A stretch of 63,779 nucleotides of DNA, filler included, from Octopus bimaculoides (Eukaryota): the NCBI RefSeq assembly GCF_001194135.2. It is 5 parts of 4 records of this genome, joined end to end, with 100 filler letters (N's around TTAATTAATTAA, not from the genome) between each part and the next. Parts side by side here need not be neighbours in the genome. Positions count along the whole stretch, not along the records: positions 1 to 27,174 come from NC_068981.1; 4 more parts are not named here. One strand, given 5' to 3'. Of the stretch, positions 11,855 through 24,805 are shown piece after piece. The stretch's first letter is position 1. Each line of letters begins with the position of its first letter. Both the position numbers and the translations under genes were made by a program. The notes under the pieces were generated by a model. That model was not told the DNA's origin. It worked only from the letters and a program-made list of their open reading frames with translations, and searched no databases.

Positions 11855-13067
11855 NNNNNNNNNNNNNNNNNNNNNNNNNNNNNNNNNNNNNNNNNNNNNN
11901 NNNNNNNNNNNNNNNNNNNNNNNNNNNNNNNNNNNNNNNNNNNNNNNNNNNNNNNNNNNNNNNNNNNNNNNNNNNNNNNNNNNNNNNNNNNNNNNNNNNN
12001 NNNNNNNNNNNNNNNNNNNNNNNNNNNNNNNNNNNNNNNNNNNNNNNNNNNNNNNNNNNNNNNNNNNNNNNNNNNNNNNNNNNNNNNNNNNNNNNNNNNN
12101 NNNNNNNNNNNNNNNNNNNNNNNNNNNNNNNNNNNNNNNNNNNNNNNNNNNNNNNNNNNNNNNNNNNNNNNNNNNNNNNNNNNNNNNNNNNNNNNNNNNN
12201 NNNNNNNNNNNNNNNNNNNNNNNNNNNNNNNNNNNNNNNNNNNNNNNNNNNNNNNNNNNNNNNNNNNNNNNNNNNNNNNNNNNNNNNNNNNNNNNNNNNN
12301 NNNNNNNNNNNNNNNNNNNNNNNNNNNNNNNNNNNNNNNNNNNNNNNNNNNNNNNNNNNNNNNNNNNNNNNNNNNNNNNNNNNNNNNNNNNNNNNNNATA
12401 TATAATATATATATATATATCCATACGTATATCCGTTGCGGCCGATCTTACCGATCACTTTCGCACAAGGGATTCAACGGAGTGTTAGGTAAGGAGTGTT
12501 AGGTAACGAGTGCATTTTTGCCTGATATATATATAAATATGTGTGTATATATATATGTGTATGTGTGCGCCGTATACGTGTGTGTATGCGTGTGAATGTG
12601 TGTAGATATGTGTATAAATTAGTTATGTTATACTGTACAACAGAAAATATCTATAGATTTTTAGCTAACACTGTATGTAACAGACAGATTTAAACACCTT
12701 GTCTTTACAATAACAAATTGGACAGAAAATGAGGTATCAACTGGACTTAGTGTTAATCCTGTGTTTGGATTTCATTAGCGACCGAGGACCTTCTTTAACT
12801 GTCTATAGAAACGTTACATATAAACCTATGATTAGTAAGTGCTTAAGTATATCGGAGAGACCATATGTTTTTATACATAATGGATTGTTTGCCGCTTGCT
12901 GGTTCGTGATGAAATCCCAATACGGAATTGAAAATAGTTCAGATCTCTCTGTTTTTGTTAGGAAGATATTCGGCATAACGTCAAGGTATTTACATCTGTC
13001 AATGTTATACACTGTTAGGTGAAATGTATAAATGGTCCAGAATAGCACATATACACCCAATTAATGA

Positions 13068-13161
<94 letters not shown>

Positions 13162-13456
13162 NNNNNNNNNNNNNNNNNNNNNNNNNNNNNNNNNNNNNNN
13201 NNNNNNNNNNNNNNNNNNNNNNNNNNNNNNNNNNNNNNNNNNNNNNNNNNNNNNNNNNNNNNNNNNNNNNNNNNNNNNNNNNNNNNNNNNNNNNNNNNNN
13301 NNNNNNNNNNNNNNNNNNNNNNNNNNNNNNNNNNNNNNNNNNNNNNNNNNNNNNNNNNNNNNNNNNNNNNNNNNNNNNNNNNNNNNNNNNNNNNNNNNNN
13401 NNNNNNNNNNNNNNNNNNNNNNNNNNNNNNNNNNNNNNNNNNNNNNNNNNNNNNNN

Positions 13457-13560
<104 letters not shown>

Positions 13561-13623
13561 AAGAAGAAGCAGGAAGGGGAGGAGGAGGAGGAGAAGGAGG
13601 AGAAGAAGAAGAAGGAGAAGAAG

Positions 13624-13654
<31 letters not shown>

Positions 13655-13679
13655 TCATTAACGATAATAATAATAAAGC

Positions 13680-13995
13680 CCTTAAAGTTTGAAATTTCAA
13701 GAATTTGGAGTATGAAAACTGTATAGGTGGTGTCTATGATAACTGGTGCATTGGGAACTGTAAGTAACGATATAGACAAACTGCTGAAAGAGATTGGAAT
13801 AGAATGCCCTCTGGAGCTTCTACAGAAAATTTGCCTCTCAGGGACAGGAAAGATTATCAGGAGGTTTCTAGGCACTTGAAAGACTGCTGAAAACTTGTGG
13901 ATACCTTAGGTTACAGGTAGTAATCCGCTACCCACATAAATCCTATCAGGAATAAGACTAAACCTAAGTCAAATCAATAATAAAGATGATGTTGT

Positions 13996-14029
<34 letters not shown>

Positions 14030-14030
14030 A
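13680..14030 (+). mobile_element. R4/Dong-type (REL endonuclease) non-LTR retrotransposon 3' end, 3'UTR and (GAT)n tail
   Basis: Translation: LKFEISRIWSMKTV*VVSMITGALGTVSNDIDKLLKEIGIECPLELLQKICLSGTGKIIRRFLGT*. This matches the KY.DL..EI.R.W...V..IP..IGALG..LQK..LLGTA.I.R pattern. Confidence 0.8.
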
Positions 14031-14034
14031 ACAC

Positions 14035-14795
14035 ATGGGGATAGGTTTTGGCCTTGATAATTGTGCTAAAGCAACTTTTGTCAGAGGAGAGCTCAAGCAA
14101 AAAGCTTCCATTAAATTAGATACCGACACTACCATCAAGGAGCTTGACCCACAAGGAATCTATAAACATCTGGGCATAAATGAAGGAGACGGTATACAAC
14201 ATGATACTATGAAGGAAAAAATGCGAAAGGAGTATTACAGAAAAATACGACTCAACTCCAAAAATCGCATCGAAGCCATTAACAATCTGGCACTTCTAGT
14301 AGTCCAATACAATTTAACATCATTAACTGGAATCTTACAGAACTCCAAGGACTCGTCGATCGTCTGTACCTATCTAGAAGTAATTGGAGAAGAGGAATGA
14401 TACAAGTAGAACTGTGCTATAAGACCTCTACAATAGCAATGAACATGTACTTATCTAGTACAGAGGACTGGATGCTGCGGCTTAGGTGCAAACACGAAAG
14501 CAGCAAAAGATCACATTCTATTGTCAAGGAAGCTTGCAGATTCGTAAGGGAACTTGGCATTAAACCTGAATTAGTTGAAGAACCTGCAAAAGCAAAAACA
14601 AATTGAGGAGCAATGGAGCCAGAAGTCTCTGCATGAACAGTATACACTTCGAAGCCGAAATGCTGACGTAGACCAAGCAACAATCCATCAGTGGCTGAGA
14701 AGTTCACGACTGAAAGCAGAGACTGAAGGTTTCATATTGGTGGCACAAGATCAAAGCTTGCTTACCAAAAACTTCCTGGCTAACATTCTTCAAAA
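14035..14795 (+). mobile_element. R4/Dong-type LINE internal fragment (RT C-terminal region to pre-zinc-knuckle), degraded
   Basis: GIGFGLDNCAKATFVRGEL..IKELDPQGIYKHLGINEGDGIQHDTMKEKMRKEYYRKIR..NSKNRIEAINNLA, then MIQVELCYK.. and QKSLHEQY..HQWLRSSRLKAETEGFILVAQDQSLLTKNF. The FGL.KCA, YKYLG and LK.ETEG.I.AAQDQ motifs are characteristic of this clade. Confidence 0.88.
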
Positions 14796-15845
14796 TTGGA
14801 AGTGTTATCATTTACATGTTTTGTCTTAGTATAAAAGATAGACTACAACAAATAAAAAAGGGAAAGGCTACTTGGAGATGTCGTGTGTTAAAATACAGTG
14901 AATACCACGAACGAGACGAAACGAATCACCCGAAAGCGAATGACAACGTTGCATATCAATATTTCGCCGTTATTTCAGCCCGTCAGCACTATATACTCGA
15001 GACATCGTGAGATGAATATTTGCTTCAACTGTGCGGCGTTGTTGCACATCAGCATATATACCTGCATATATAGCAGTACAAAGAAGAACAACAACTACGA
15101 TAACAGAATGAGCAACAATAGCAGCAACATCAACAAAAGCTACAAGTGAACACACAACAAATGATAACACATTTACCAAGATTGCCAAGGTTTTTGGCAT
15201 AGTTTCACTCAACAAAAAGCATGAGCATTTAGGATAGACGGAGACAAGCATTAGTGGACTAGAACGAAAACAACTTACGTTTCAGTATACTGCAACAGAT
15301 TTCACACAACGTTTTTAACATCTTTGATTATACAATTGTTTGATCAGACCAGATTTAGTGGTAAACAAGAGCAAGGAGAATAACAACAGGAATATTATAT
15401 TCAGTCGATAAAATATCCGGGTCTAAAAGACTACGGAAAAATCATCTCCCTTTATGTTGTCATGAATGATAAGTGACAATTTGGATACAGAGTGATATAT
15501 TAAAAATATGTCTGAGCTAAACCTTGTGGTACTTATTATATCCAATTTCATAGGGCATTGTGTGACCGGAATTGTAGAAATTCAGTTAATACGTGCCATA
15601 TGAAATTTCACGTTTTTCTTCCGCATGTAATAAATTCCAAATCGAGTTAAAACGTAAATAAAGATATATCTATTTGTGGAAATCATTAATTTATTCAACT
15701 ATCTGTTGTATGAATGTTGCCTATTATAGATAATGGTTGAATAACATTCAAACGTATATGTGTGTTCATGCGTCCGAGTAATTGTATGTATGTGTGTGAA
15801 TATATATATATGTATATATATANNNNNNNNNNNNNNNNNNNNNNN

Positions 15846-15876
<31 letters not shown>

Positions 15877-16096
15877 CATTCATAGAAACACGCACACACA
15901 CTTATGTTAGTGTGTCGGACGAAACATGGAGTACCATTTCTACCAACTTCTTGCGTTTTAAGTTCAAATTCTGCCGTGTAATATTTATATAAACATCAAA
16001 TATCTTATATTGATTATTATCAAATATATGATATATACATGAATAAATGTAAGTTCACAACACATGTACACATATATATATAAAATGATATCTATG

Positions 16097-16163
<67 letters not shown>

Positions 16164-16205
16164 GTCTGTATCATAATTGATATTTTAGGAGATAGCTAGA
16201 AATAT

Positions 16206-16262
<57 letters not shown>

Positions 16263-16408
16263 TTTGGTATTGGGCGTAAGAAGAGACGTCGACTTGCTTA
16301 CTTGTGAAAAGTCTGTCTATGTTCGTATGTTTGATGAATACACCATATTAAAAGTTTTACAACACGGAAGTCTATATTTACACATACTTAGATGAACGTT
16401 ATATAACA

Positions 16409-16460
<52 letters not shown>

Positions 16461-16552
16461 ATATCTATCTATCTGTCTGTCTGTCTCTCTGTTTGTCTGT
16501 CTGTCTATCTGTGTGCGTGCATGTTTGCTTTAATGTCTATATATATATATGC

Positions 16553-16583
<31 letters not shown>

Positions 16584-17625
16584 TGTATGCATGTATATAT
16601 GTATATATGTGTGTGTATGTATATATATATATACAGGGAGAGAGGGAGAGAGAGATTAATAAATAATCGCGTTTGTATGAGTATTTGTATGTATGTATGT
16701 GTGTGTGTGTATATATATATACATATGTATATGTGTGTGTGTATAAATATATATAGACATATATTCATAGATAGAGAGATAGATAGAGAGAGAGAGATAC
16801 ATGCATACAAATGTGTGTGTATTGTGTGTGTGTATTGTGTGTGTGTGTGTTGTGTGTGTGTGTGTGTGTGTGTATGTGTGTGTGTGTGTGTGTCTGTCTG
16901 TCTTTATTCATATCTTCTGTTATAATCACCTTTTGTGCTTTTCTCTCCATATCGACTTCCATTTCTCGTCTTTCACCTTCACATTTATCCATCGAAAAAT
17001 CGCAAAATAATAAACAGATCGATAGAAACGTCGAAGCGAAAAAGAATCAACAAAACAAATTCATAACATGAATATGTACCAGTAATTGTGCACCTGTACG
17101 TATCTATTTGCATATATGCATAAACATTTGCTGTGATTTCTCTTCTGTCTGACACTTCTTGTCAAATCAATGTATATTCTCTTCTGTCTTGAAATTTCTG
17201 TGACGCCATTTGTAGATAGATTTTACAGCTGTCGTGCGACCAACAGTCTCCGTATGTGTCCACTGTTTGTTATACATAACTAATTAGACAAACACTACAA
17301 TGATGATTCTGTATTATTCCTGTAAAGCGAAGTTTGGTTCTAGACGCCTTCGTTCCTTTGCTCTTAAGTCAACATATTTTGACAGAATATAGACGACTTG
17401 GGAATAAATTCTTTCCTTCTGTTTTCTTTCTTTCTTCCTTTCTTCATTTTGATTCAATCATAGTTTCACGTTTAGACACACACACACACCTGTGTTCATA
17501 TACATGTACATATATGTGTATTTACATCTGTACATACATACCTAAGTGCGTGTGCGTGTACTACGCACATGTGCAGACATATATGTATGTTTACATACAT
17601 AAATGTGTTTGTGTATGTATATATA

Positions 17626-17667
<42 letters not shown>

Positions 17668-18371
17668 AATGTACATACACACACCCGCAAACACACATAC
17701 ACACACACACACGCACATGCGCACACGCACAAACACGCACATATACATATACCATAGATTATATATTTCACATATTCTCACCACCTATGCGTGCAATGTG
17801 TGTTTAAGTGTATGTATGCATATATATATNNNNNNNNNNNNNNNNNNNNNNNNNNNNNNNNNNNNNNNNNNNNNNNNNNNNNNNNNNNNNNNNNNNNNNN
17901 NNNNNNNNNNNNNNNNNNNNNNNNNNNNNNNNNNNNNNNNNNNNNNNNNNNNNNNNTATATATACATATATATATATATATATTCATACATATACATGCG
18001 CACATACATTCAATCACACATACGTATACACACATACGCACACATATATACACACATATATACACATACCCACACACTGTAGTGTTGATTTTTCTTTCAA
18101 ATCCAAAATTCGCGTTCACTTTTCCCTTATTCTCTGTAATTTTGTCATATTTTCATTATTGTTGCCTCTCTCATTCTTTCTTGTAGCTTTTATATATTTA
18201 CTCCATTGATTATACATTCAATTTTAAGTCCCTTTCAAAAAGTTGTAATCTTCTTGAAACTTACTTGCAGTGGAACCGAAACAGAGCTGCAGCTTCCGCT
18301 CCAAGAGAGACTAGCTTTTGTAATGATACTAGTTATTGTTTCCAACATATGCTCAATGCCTTGAAATCTGT

Positions 18372-18548
18372 GGTGGAGTTGATAATCGATGATGTCGATC
18401 TCAGTACTTGACTAGTTCTTCATTTTATCCGTCCCGGATCATTGAAAAGCAGAATTGTTTCCATTAGTTTTTGAACTTAGTCTGTTGAATATCGAAATAA
18501 ACATTCCAAAGCAATTTTCCCACGTCCCCACGATTCTACTGTTCTACC
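18372..18548 (-). mobile_element. Old, diverged SINE family A copy
   Basis: Degenerate match to the reverse complement of the core and head. Confidence 0.5.
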
Positions 18549-18796
18549 ATTTTTGTTGTGAAACTGATTATGTTAGTGTATACAATGTATGAAGGTTCTA
18601 AACTCTTCTGAAACTTAATTAGCGTTTAGGAATTTCCTTAATATATAAATAACCATAGTGGAAACCTTAGAGTGTTTGACAAAATCCTTTGTGGTATTTC
18701 TTTCGGTTCTTTACATTCCAAGTCATGACTAGAATACATTTGATGATATGTGGGTCTGTAATCGACGAATTCGGCCTGCATCCGTTATCCGACAGT

Positions 18797-19252
18797 CATA
18801 ACGCGGGCCGGGTTCCCCGACACGCCACTCTGAACGGCATCATCACAACTGGAGCCAGCAAGTCTTGACCGCAGGGATGGTAAGCGCCCCAGCAGAATAA
18901 CCCTCTTCCCATAAAAGGAAGGTAAGTCCCTAATCTGGGACGCGACGTTCTGCAACACGTTCTCCGTCTCCAACCTTGCTGTATCGACTGCGAATCCGGG
19001 TATCGCCACTCGTAATGAAGGAAAGAAAAAGAAAGACAAATTTCGGGGCCTGACCGGCCGCTATCTGTTATTGCCGGTTGGCATCGTGACCTCAGGTGTA
19101 CTCGGACCCCGCACTGCTGATTTCCTCTGCAAAATCGGGATAACTGTGGCCCATAGGAGAAATGAGCCCTGCGAAGTAGGGTGTTACAGCAAATGTTGCT
19201 AGCTATTCTCCGCAGTAACGCCTTTGCAATTATGTCTGTGGGGCACGACTGA
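18797..19252 (+). mobile_element. CRE-clade non-LTR retrotransposon 3' end (zinc-knuckle remnant plus REL endonuclease)
   Basis: Manual translation: HNAGRVPRHATLNGII / LDRRDGKRPSRITLFP*KEGKSLIWDATFCNTFSVSNLAVSTANPGIATRNEGKKKKDKFRGLTGRYLLLPVGIVTSGVLGPRTADFLCKIG / AILRSNAFAIMSVGHD*. This matches the CRE pattern DGKRPDG.T..PW..GK.L.WD.T..DT..K..KY..F.P...ET.G..G..RGNA. Confidence 0.85.
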
Positions 19253-19433
19253 ACATTATTGGGGTTGGGGTGTAACACTTGTTGCTCTCTTCCCCATCTT
19301 TTGCTGTTGAATATCCCCGTCGTTTTTTTTCTTTTTCTTTGTCTCATTATTGAAGTAATTCTGCATTTTTTTTCTCTATAGTTTAATCTTTAATACTTTT
19401 AATTTTTTTCTTTCGTTTCTTTCTGTAAAAATT

Positions 19434-19572
19434 AGTACTTAATTTATCGACCCCGAAAGGATGAAAAGCAAAGTCGACCTCGGCGGAATTTGAACTCAGA
19501 ACGTAAAGACGAACGAAATACTGCTAAGCATTTAGTTCGACGTGCTCACAATTTTGCCAGCTCGTCACCTTT
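19434..19572 (-). mobile_element. SINE family A, head plus core
   Basis: High-identity reverse complement of the core. Confidence 0.88.
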
Positions 19573-20176
19573 TTTCTTTCTTTATTACCTCCCCAAAGCA
19601 CACCGAAGGATAAACCTTGTAAAAATTTCAAAAATTTAGAAGCTATTTAGGGTAAAATCTACAGCTCTACAAATAATTCTGTTTATAAAATATATTACAA
19701 AAAAAATAATATATAAATAGTAAATGATATGTTTCTAATATAGGTACATAGAAATGATATATTTCTAATATAGGCTATAAATCTAGGGAAGGGGTTAGGT
19801 AAGCCCACTATTTCACTGGTACTTTATGATATGGAACCCAGCTGAATTTTGAACTAAAAAAATAGAGATCCGTAACTGAATACTACCAGGCATTATGTCC
19901 GACCCTCAAATGATTCTCTTGATTCGTCAGAAGATTTAAAACAAAATTGTTTCAAAAAAGTTGTTGCATGTAAACATCCCAAACCCATATTACTTTTTAC
20001 CTTGGTGTCAGGAATGGGACCAAACCTTGTTCGTTATAGAGGACTGATTATCCTTTCAGTATGCAATGCGATAAACATTGACCAAGTCAACAGCAACCAA
20101 GTCTTCTATTAACATATGGAATTTATAAGCTAGAATATCTAACCTCAAAAGCGTGTTGCCTCTCCACCACATTTTT

Positions 20177-20575
20177 TCTTTTACTCTTTTACTTGTTTCA
20201 GTCATTTGACTGTGGCCATGCTGGAGCACCGCCTTTAGTCGAGCAAATCGACCCCAGGACTTATTCTTTGTAAGCCTAGTACTTATTCTATAGGTCTTTA
20301 CCGAACTGTTAAGTTGCGGGGACGTAAACACACCAGTATCGGTTGTCAAGCGATGTTGGAGGAAGAAACAGACACACAAACGCACAGACACATATATACA
20401 TATGCATATATATACGATGCGCTTCTTTCAGTTTCCGTCTACCAAATCCACTCAGAAGGCTTTGGTCGGCCCGAGGCTACAGTAGATGACACTTGCCCAA
20501 GATGCCACGCAGTGGGACTGAACCCAGAACCATGTGGTTGATAACCAAGCTACTTACGACACAGCCACTGCTACT
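20177..20575 (-). mobile_element. SINE family B, full length
   Basis: Head with B box (reverse complement GGGTTCAGTCCCAC), CORE-like CATCTTGGGCAAGTGTCA, internal CA/TA tract and complete tail. Confidence 0.9.
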
Positions 20576-21179
20576 GTAGATATAGGCACTGTAATCACCT
20601 CCTCACACTTTCTCGCACCATATTGTATCTACTGCCGCAGAATGAGCAAATCATTATGGTTGAGAGTAAAGTCCACCCTGACCGGATCATTCAGGCAACC
20701 TATCAACAGCTCAACGAAACGTTGTCAAACAGCACCGTATATCTATACATCCATTCAGATTAAAAAAAAAGACACTGTGGGTTTCTGGCAATGTCGCATC
20801 GCTATAAGTTAAACTTAGTACCTGTATTTTCGTTCTTTTGTTCCTCAGAAAATTCAGCTGTTGTATTTGGCATAAAAAACAAAAAACAGTCCAAAGACTT
20901 CTTCACAAACAATTTGTTGATGGTGTTCCTAATTCTAAATGCCTCTTCCGTAAATGAATGTCGATAAATATCGCAAAACATTTTGACTGCGTCCTCATCG
21001 TTAGTGGCAATCCATAATAATTTTAATATCACTGGAAATTTTATTGAGTTCAAGAATTCGGTTTGCTTTGAACATAAATCAGAAAGAAACGTTGGGAATA
21101 GGGGACGGAAGAGGCTGCGGCTATTAGTGAAATAATCGACGATGATTATAATCATACAGATGAGAAGGATGATATAATA

Positions 21180-21199
21180 CCATGACGATGGTGGAGGTG

Positions 21200-21234
<35 letters not shown>

Positions 21235-21544
21235 AGTCTTAATGGTAGTGCTACTGATTTAATTGAGTTATTGTTAATAACAGTGTAACGGTGATTCTTG
21301 AGTGTCGATGGTATGATGGTCCGAAGAAGGTAACTTTTCTGTTGCGCACCATCATGGTTCATGGTGGGGGCGGTGCTAATGTGATGGTGGTAGTGATGCT
21401 ATTGGGCCTGGTGTTTTTCATAAAGGTAGCAGTGGTGATGATGTGGCGGTAATGGAGATGGTGGTTGTATTAGTAGTGGTGGTGGTGGTGGTGGTGGTAG
21501 TGGTATTCGTCGTCGTCGTCGTCGTGATCGTGGTCGTCGGTGCC

Positions 21545-21577
<33 letters not shown>

Positions 21578-21873
21578 ATAATAACGGCGGTGATGATGAT
21601 GATGGTGGTAATGAGGGTGGTGGTGTTGGTGGTAGTGATAGGGGTGGAGGTGGAGGTGATGGTGGTACCTAGTGATGGTGGTAGTGGTGATGTTGATGGT
21701 GAGAAAGGTGATGATAGTGGTGGTGATGTTGGTGGTGGAGGTGGTGTTGGTAGTGATGGTGGTGGTGGTGGTAGTAGTGGTGGTGGTAGTGGTGATGGTG
21801 GTTTTGGCGTTACTGTCGGTGGTCATGACGGTGTTGTGGGTGAAGTTGATAGCGATTTGGTGGTGATTTAGTG

Positions 21874-21905
<32 letters not shown>

Positions 21906-22425
21906 GGTGGTGGCGATCTTATTGAATCTCAAAGTACCTTTGGAGGGTGAGGGTATGGGCAGTGATGGTGATGAAAGTGGTGGAAGTGATGGTGGAGAAA
22001 AGCGAAACGTAATTTCGTCGGTAATTACCAAGTGTATCCATATAATTAACATTTAAACGACTTTCAACGAAATTGTTGCGTGTCAAACCCCCCACCGAGC
22101 TGCGACAAGCTTTACTAGACAGGATGATGATGATGATGATGATGATGAGGAGGAGGAGGAGGAGGAGGAGGAGGAGGAGGAGGGAGAGGTGGTGGTGGTG
22201 AATGGTGGTGTTGGCGTCGGCGACAGTGTTGGTTAGGGTACCGATGACGACGACGACGACGACGACGATGATGATGATGATGATGATGATGGCGATTGCG
22301 ATGGCAATAGTGCCAGAAGTGGTGTTGATGTTGCTGCTCATAATGAGGACGACGACGACGAAGACAATGAATGGTTACGATAATGGTCATGGTTATTAAT
22401 ATGGCGATGATGATGATGATGATGG
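21180..22425. repeat. GT-rich trinucleotide low-complexity blocks (GGT, GTA, GTC, GAT, GAG); similar blocks at 25925-26500, 38030-38385 and 62703-63310
   Basis: Read directly; these blocks generate the homopolymeric pseudo-ORFs in the track. Confidence 0.9.
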
Positions 22426-22445
22426 TGTGCTAGCTTAAACATCTC

Positions 22446-22526
22446 TAGCTCTGGGGTCTATTTGCTCGACTAAAGGCGGTGCTCCAGCATGGCCACAGTC
22501 AAATAACTGAAATGAATAAAAGAATA
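22446..22526 (+). mobile_element. SINE family B 3' tail
   Basis: CTGGGGTCTATTTGCTCGACTAAAGGCGGTGCTCCAGCATGGCCACAGTCAAATAACTGAAA. Confidence 0.85.
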
Positions 22527-22582
22527 ATATACATATATATGTATGTATGTACGTATGTGTGTGTGTGTGTGTGTGTGTGTGC

Positions 22583-22630
<48 letters not shown>

Positions 22631-22631
<1 letters not shown>

Positions 22632-24503
22632 GGAATGTACGGACACTGCTTGACTGCGAATCCTCAGAATGTCCTGGACGAAGGACTGCTCTTGTTGCGA
22701 AGGAGCTTCGACGCTATGCTCTTGGCATCGTTACTTTATCTGAGACGAGATTAGATGGAGATGGTCATCTTACAAAATCTTGTGGAAAATATGCATTCTT
22801 TTGGAAAGGGAGAGATGAAGAGCTTAGAGGAGAGCCTGGTGTGGCGTTTACTGTTACGACTACTCTTGTGGACAAATTGAAAAAATTCCCAGTCGGGATT
22901 AACGAGCGTCTTCTGTTCATGAGAATTCCTTTGGTTAAAGGAAATTATGTGATCTTGGTGAGTGTGTATGCTCCAGCTATGAGCTCCACTGATGACGAAA
23001 AGTAACTTTCTACCATGCTTTGAAGGGCATTATAAGAAACATCCCTCGGGCAGACAAAGTCATCGTAGTGGATGACTTTAATGCTAGAGTGGGTAGGGAT
23101 TTTAACACATGGACTGTAATTGGAAATCATGGGTTGGGAAAGTGTAATAGTAATGGTATGCTTCTGCTGCAGATGTGCGAGGAGTTGCGTCTGTGTGTTA
23201 CCAATACCATGTTTCAACAAAAGAATAAGTTTAAGACCACATGGATGCACCCTGCATCTAAAGAGTGGCATATTCTGGATTACATCCTTGTTAGGGTGCG
23301 TGACAGAAGAGATGTGCAATGTGTTCGTGTTCTTCGTGGGACGGAGTGTTGGACTGACCACCGCCTGGTACGTGCAAAAGTGAAATTAATCACAAAACGT
23401 AAAATCTAGGCTGCAGGTATTACCCTGCCTAAAAGACTGAATGCTGATCGTCTTAGGTGTAATAGTGTGAAGAGAACTTTACGAGAAGAAATGAATGCTG
23501 CAAATATTGGGGAGGATTGGCCGACCCTTAAAAAGTCAGTTTATGATATAGGCAGGAAAGTTCTGGGATTGATACAAAGAAAGCATCAAGATTGGTTTAA
23601 AGAAAATGATGAACATATAGATGATCTATTGGCTGATAAAAGAGGTACTTTCTCACGCTATTTGTCAGCAGTGCAACAGGAGAGAGAAGTGTTGCATATG
23701 GAACTCAAGGATGTGAAGCTACGTGTGAAGTGGAGGTTCTCTCAGATGAGGCATACAGGCGGCGTCGTATTCCAATAACACAAAGCTGTTGTATGGTCTC
23801 TTGCGAGAAGTTTATGAACCGACTTCTTCTCTGATGACACCACTTCGAAGCAGGGATGGTAAAGAGCTTCTTCGTGATTCACAAGGAATTCTGCGAAGGT
23901 GGCAAGAACACTTTGATGAACTTTTGAATCAGTAGTCTGTAGTTAGTGAGGATGTTCTCAGTCTCATCCCTGAATTACCTGTGAAGGTGGCTCTCACAGA
24001 ACCACCAAAGCTGGAAAAAGTTGCAGTGGCTGTCTCAAGGATAAATAATGGGAGGTCTCCGGGTATGGATGGCATACATGCGGAGTTGTTACAGCATGGT
24101 GGTGAGAAACTTCTGCAGCAACTTCACTCCTTGTTTGGCAGGATATGGGCTGGTGAATCTGTACCTGAGGACTGGAGAGATACAGCAATGGTGATCTTAT
24201 ATAAGGGAAAGGGCAACGGGAATGATTGTGGTAACTATAGGGGAATATCTTTGCTTTCTGTCGTAGGAAAGGGTTTAAGCATGGTACTTCTGGATCGTCT
24301 GCTGAAACACGTTGCAGATGGTGTTCTTCCAGAAAGTCAATCTGGGTTTCGTGTGAGACGCGGCACTGCTGATGTGATCTTTTCAGCTAGACAGCTTCAG
24401 GAGAAGTGTGTGGAACAAGGTCTGGATTTATATCAAGTATTTTGTCGATCTGACAAAAGCCTTTGATGCCGTTAATAGAAATGCACAGTGAAAAGTTCTA
24501 AAG
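22631..24503 (+). mobile_element. RTE-clade LINE ORF: APE endonuclease plus N-terminal half of RT, with stops and frameshifts
   Basis: WNVRTLLD..LSETRL..SVYAP..DDFNARVG..NSNGMLLL..TTWMHPASKEWHILDYILV..WTDHRLV (APE). SPGMDGIHAELL..ILYKGKG..CGNYRGISLLS..LPESQSGFR..VDLTKAFDAVNR (RT start). The sequence breaks off at 24503. Confidence 0.95.
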
Positions 24504-24759
24504 GTGGTGCTACATACCATACTAATCATATCTGTCAGGCATGAGGAAGGGAGTGTAATTCCGCGGAAGGACTTAAACGACATGCAAAGGTACATGAAGC
24601 CCAGTTACAACTACAGCTGGCTATTGCCGGTAAAGGTTTTAGCTGCCAATTCTGTACAAGACATTGTAGATCTTTAGCTGGGCTAAAAAGTCACGTTCGA
24701 ACACAGCACCGTTAACAGTTAAGCCTCGTGCAATGGCCATACTCAATAACGAGGGGGTA

Positions 24760-24805
<46 letters not shown>

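Noticed and set aside
12740-13010. Minus-strand words WDFIT..PLCIK..KSKHRIN, faintly like the Penelope C-terminus at 930-1050
   Set aside because: The spacing is wrong and there is no GIY/YIG motif.
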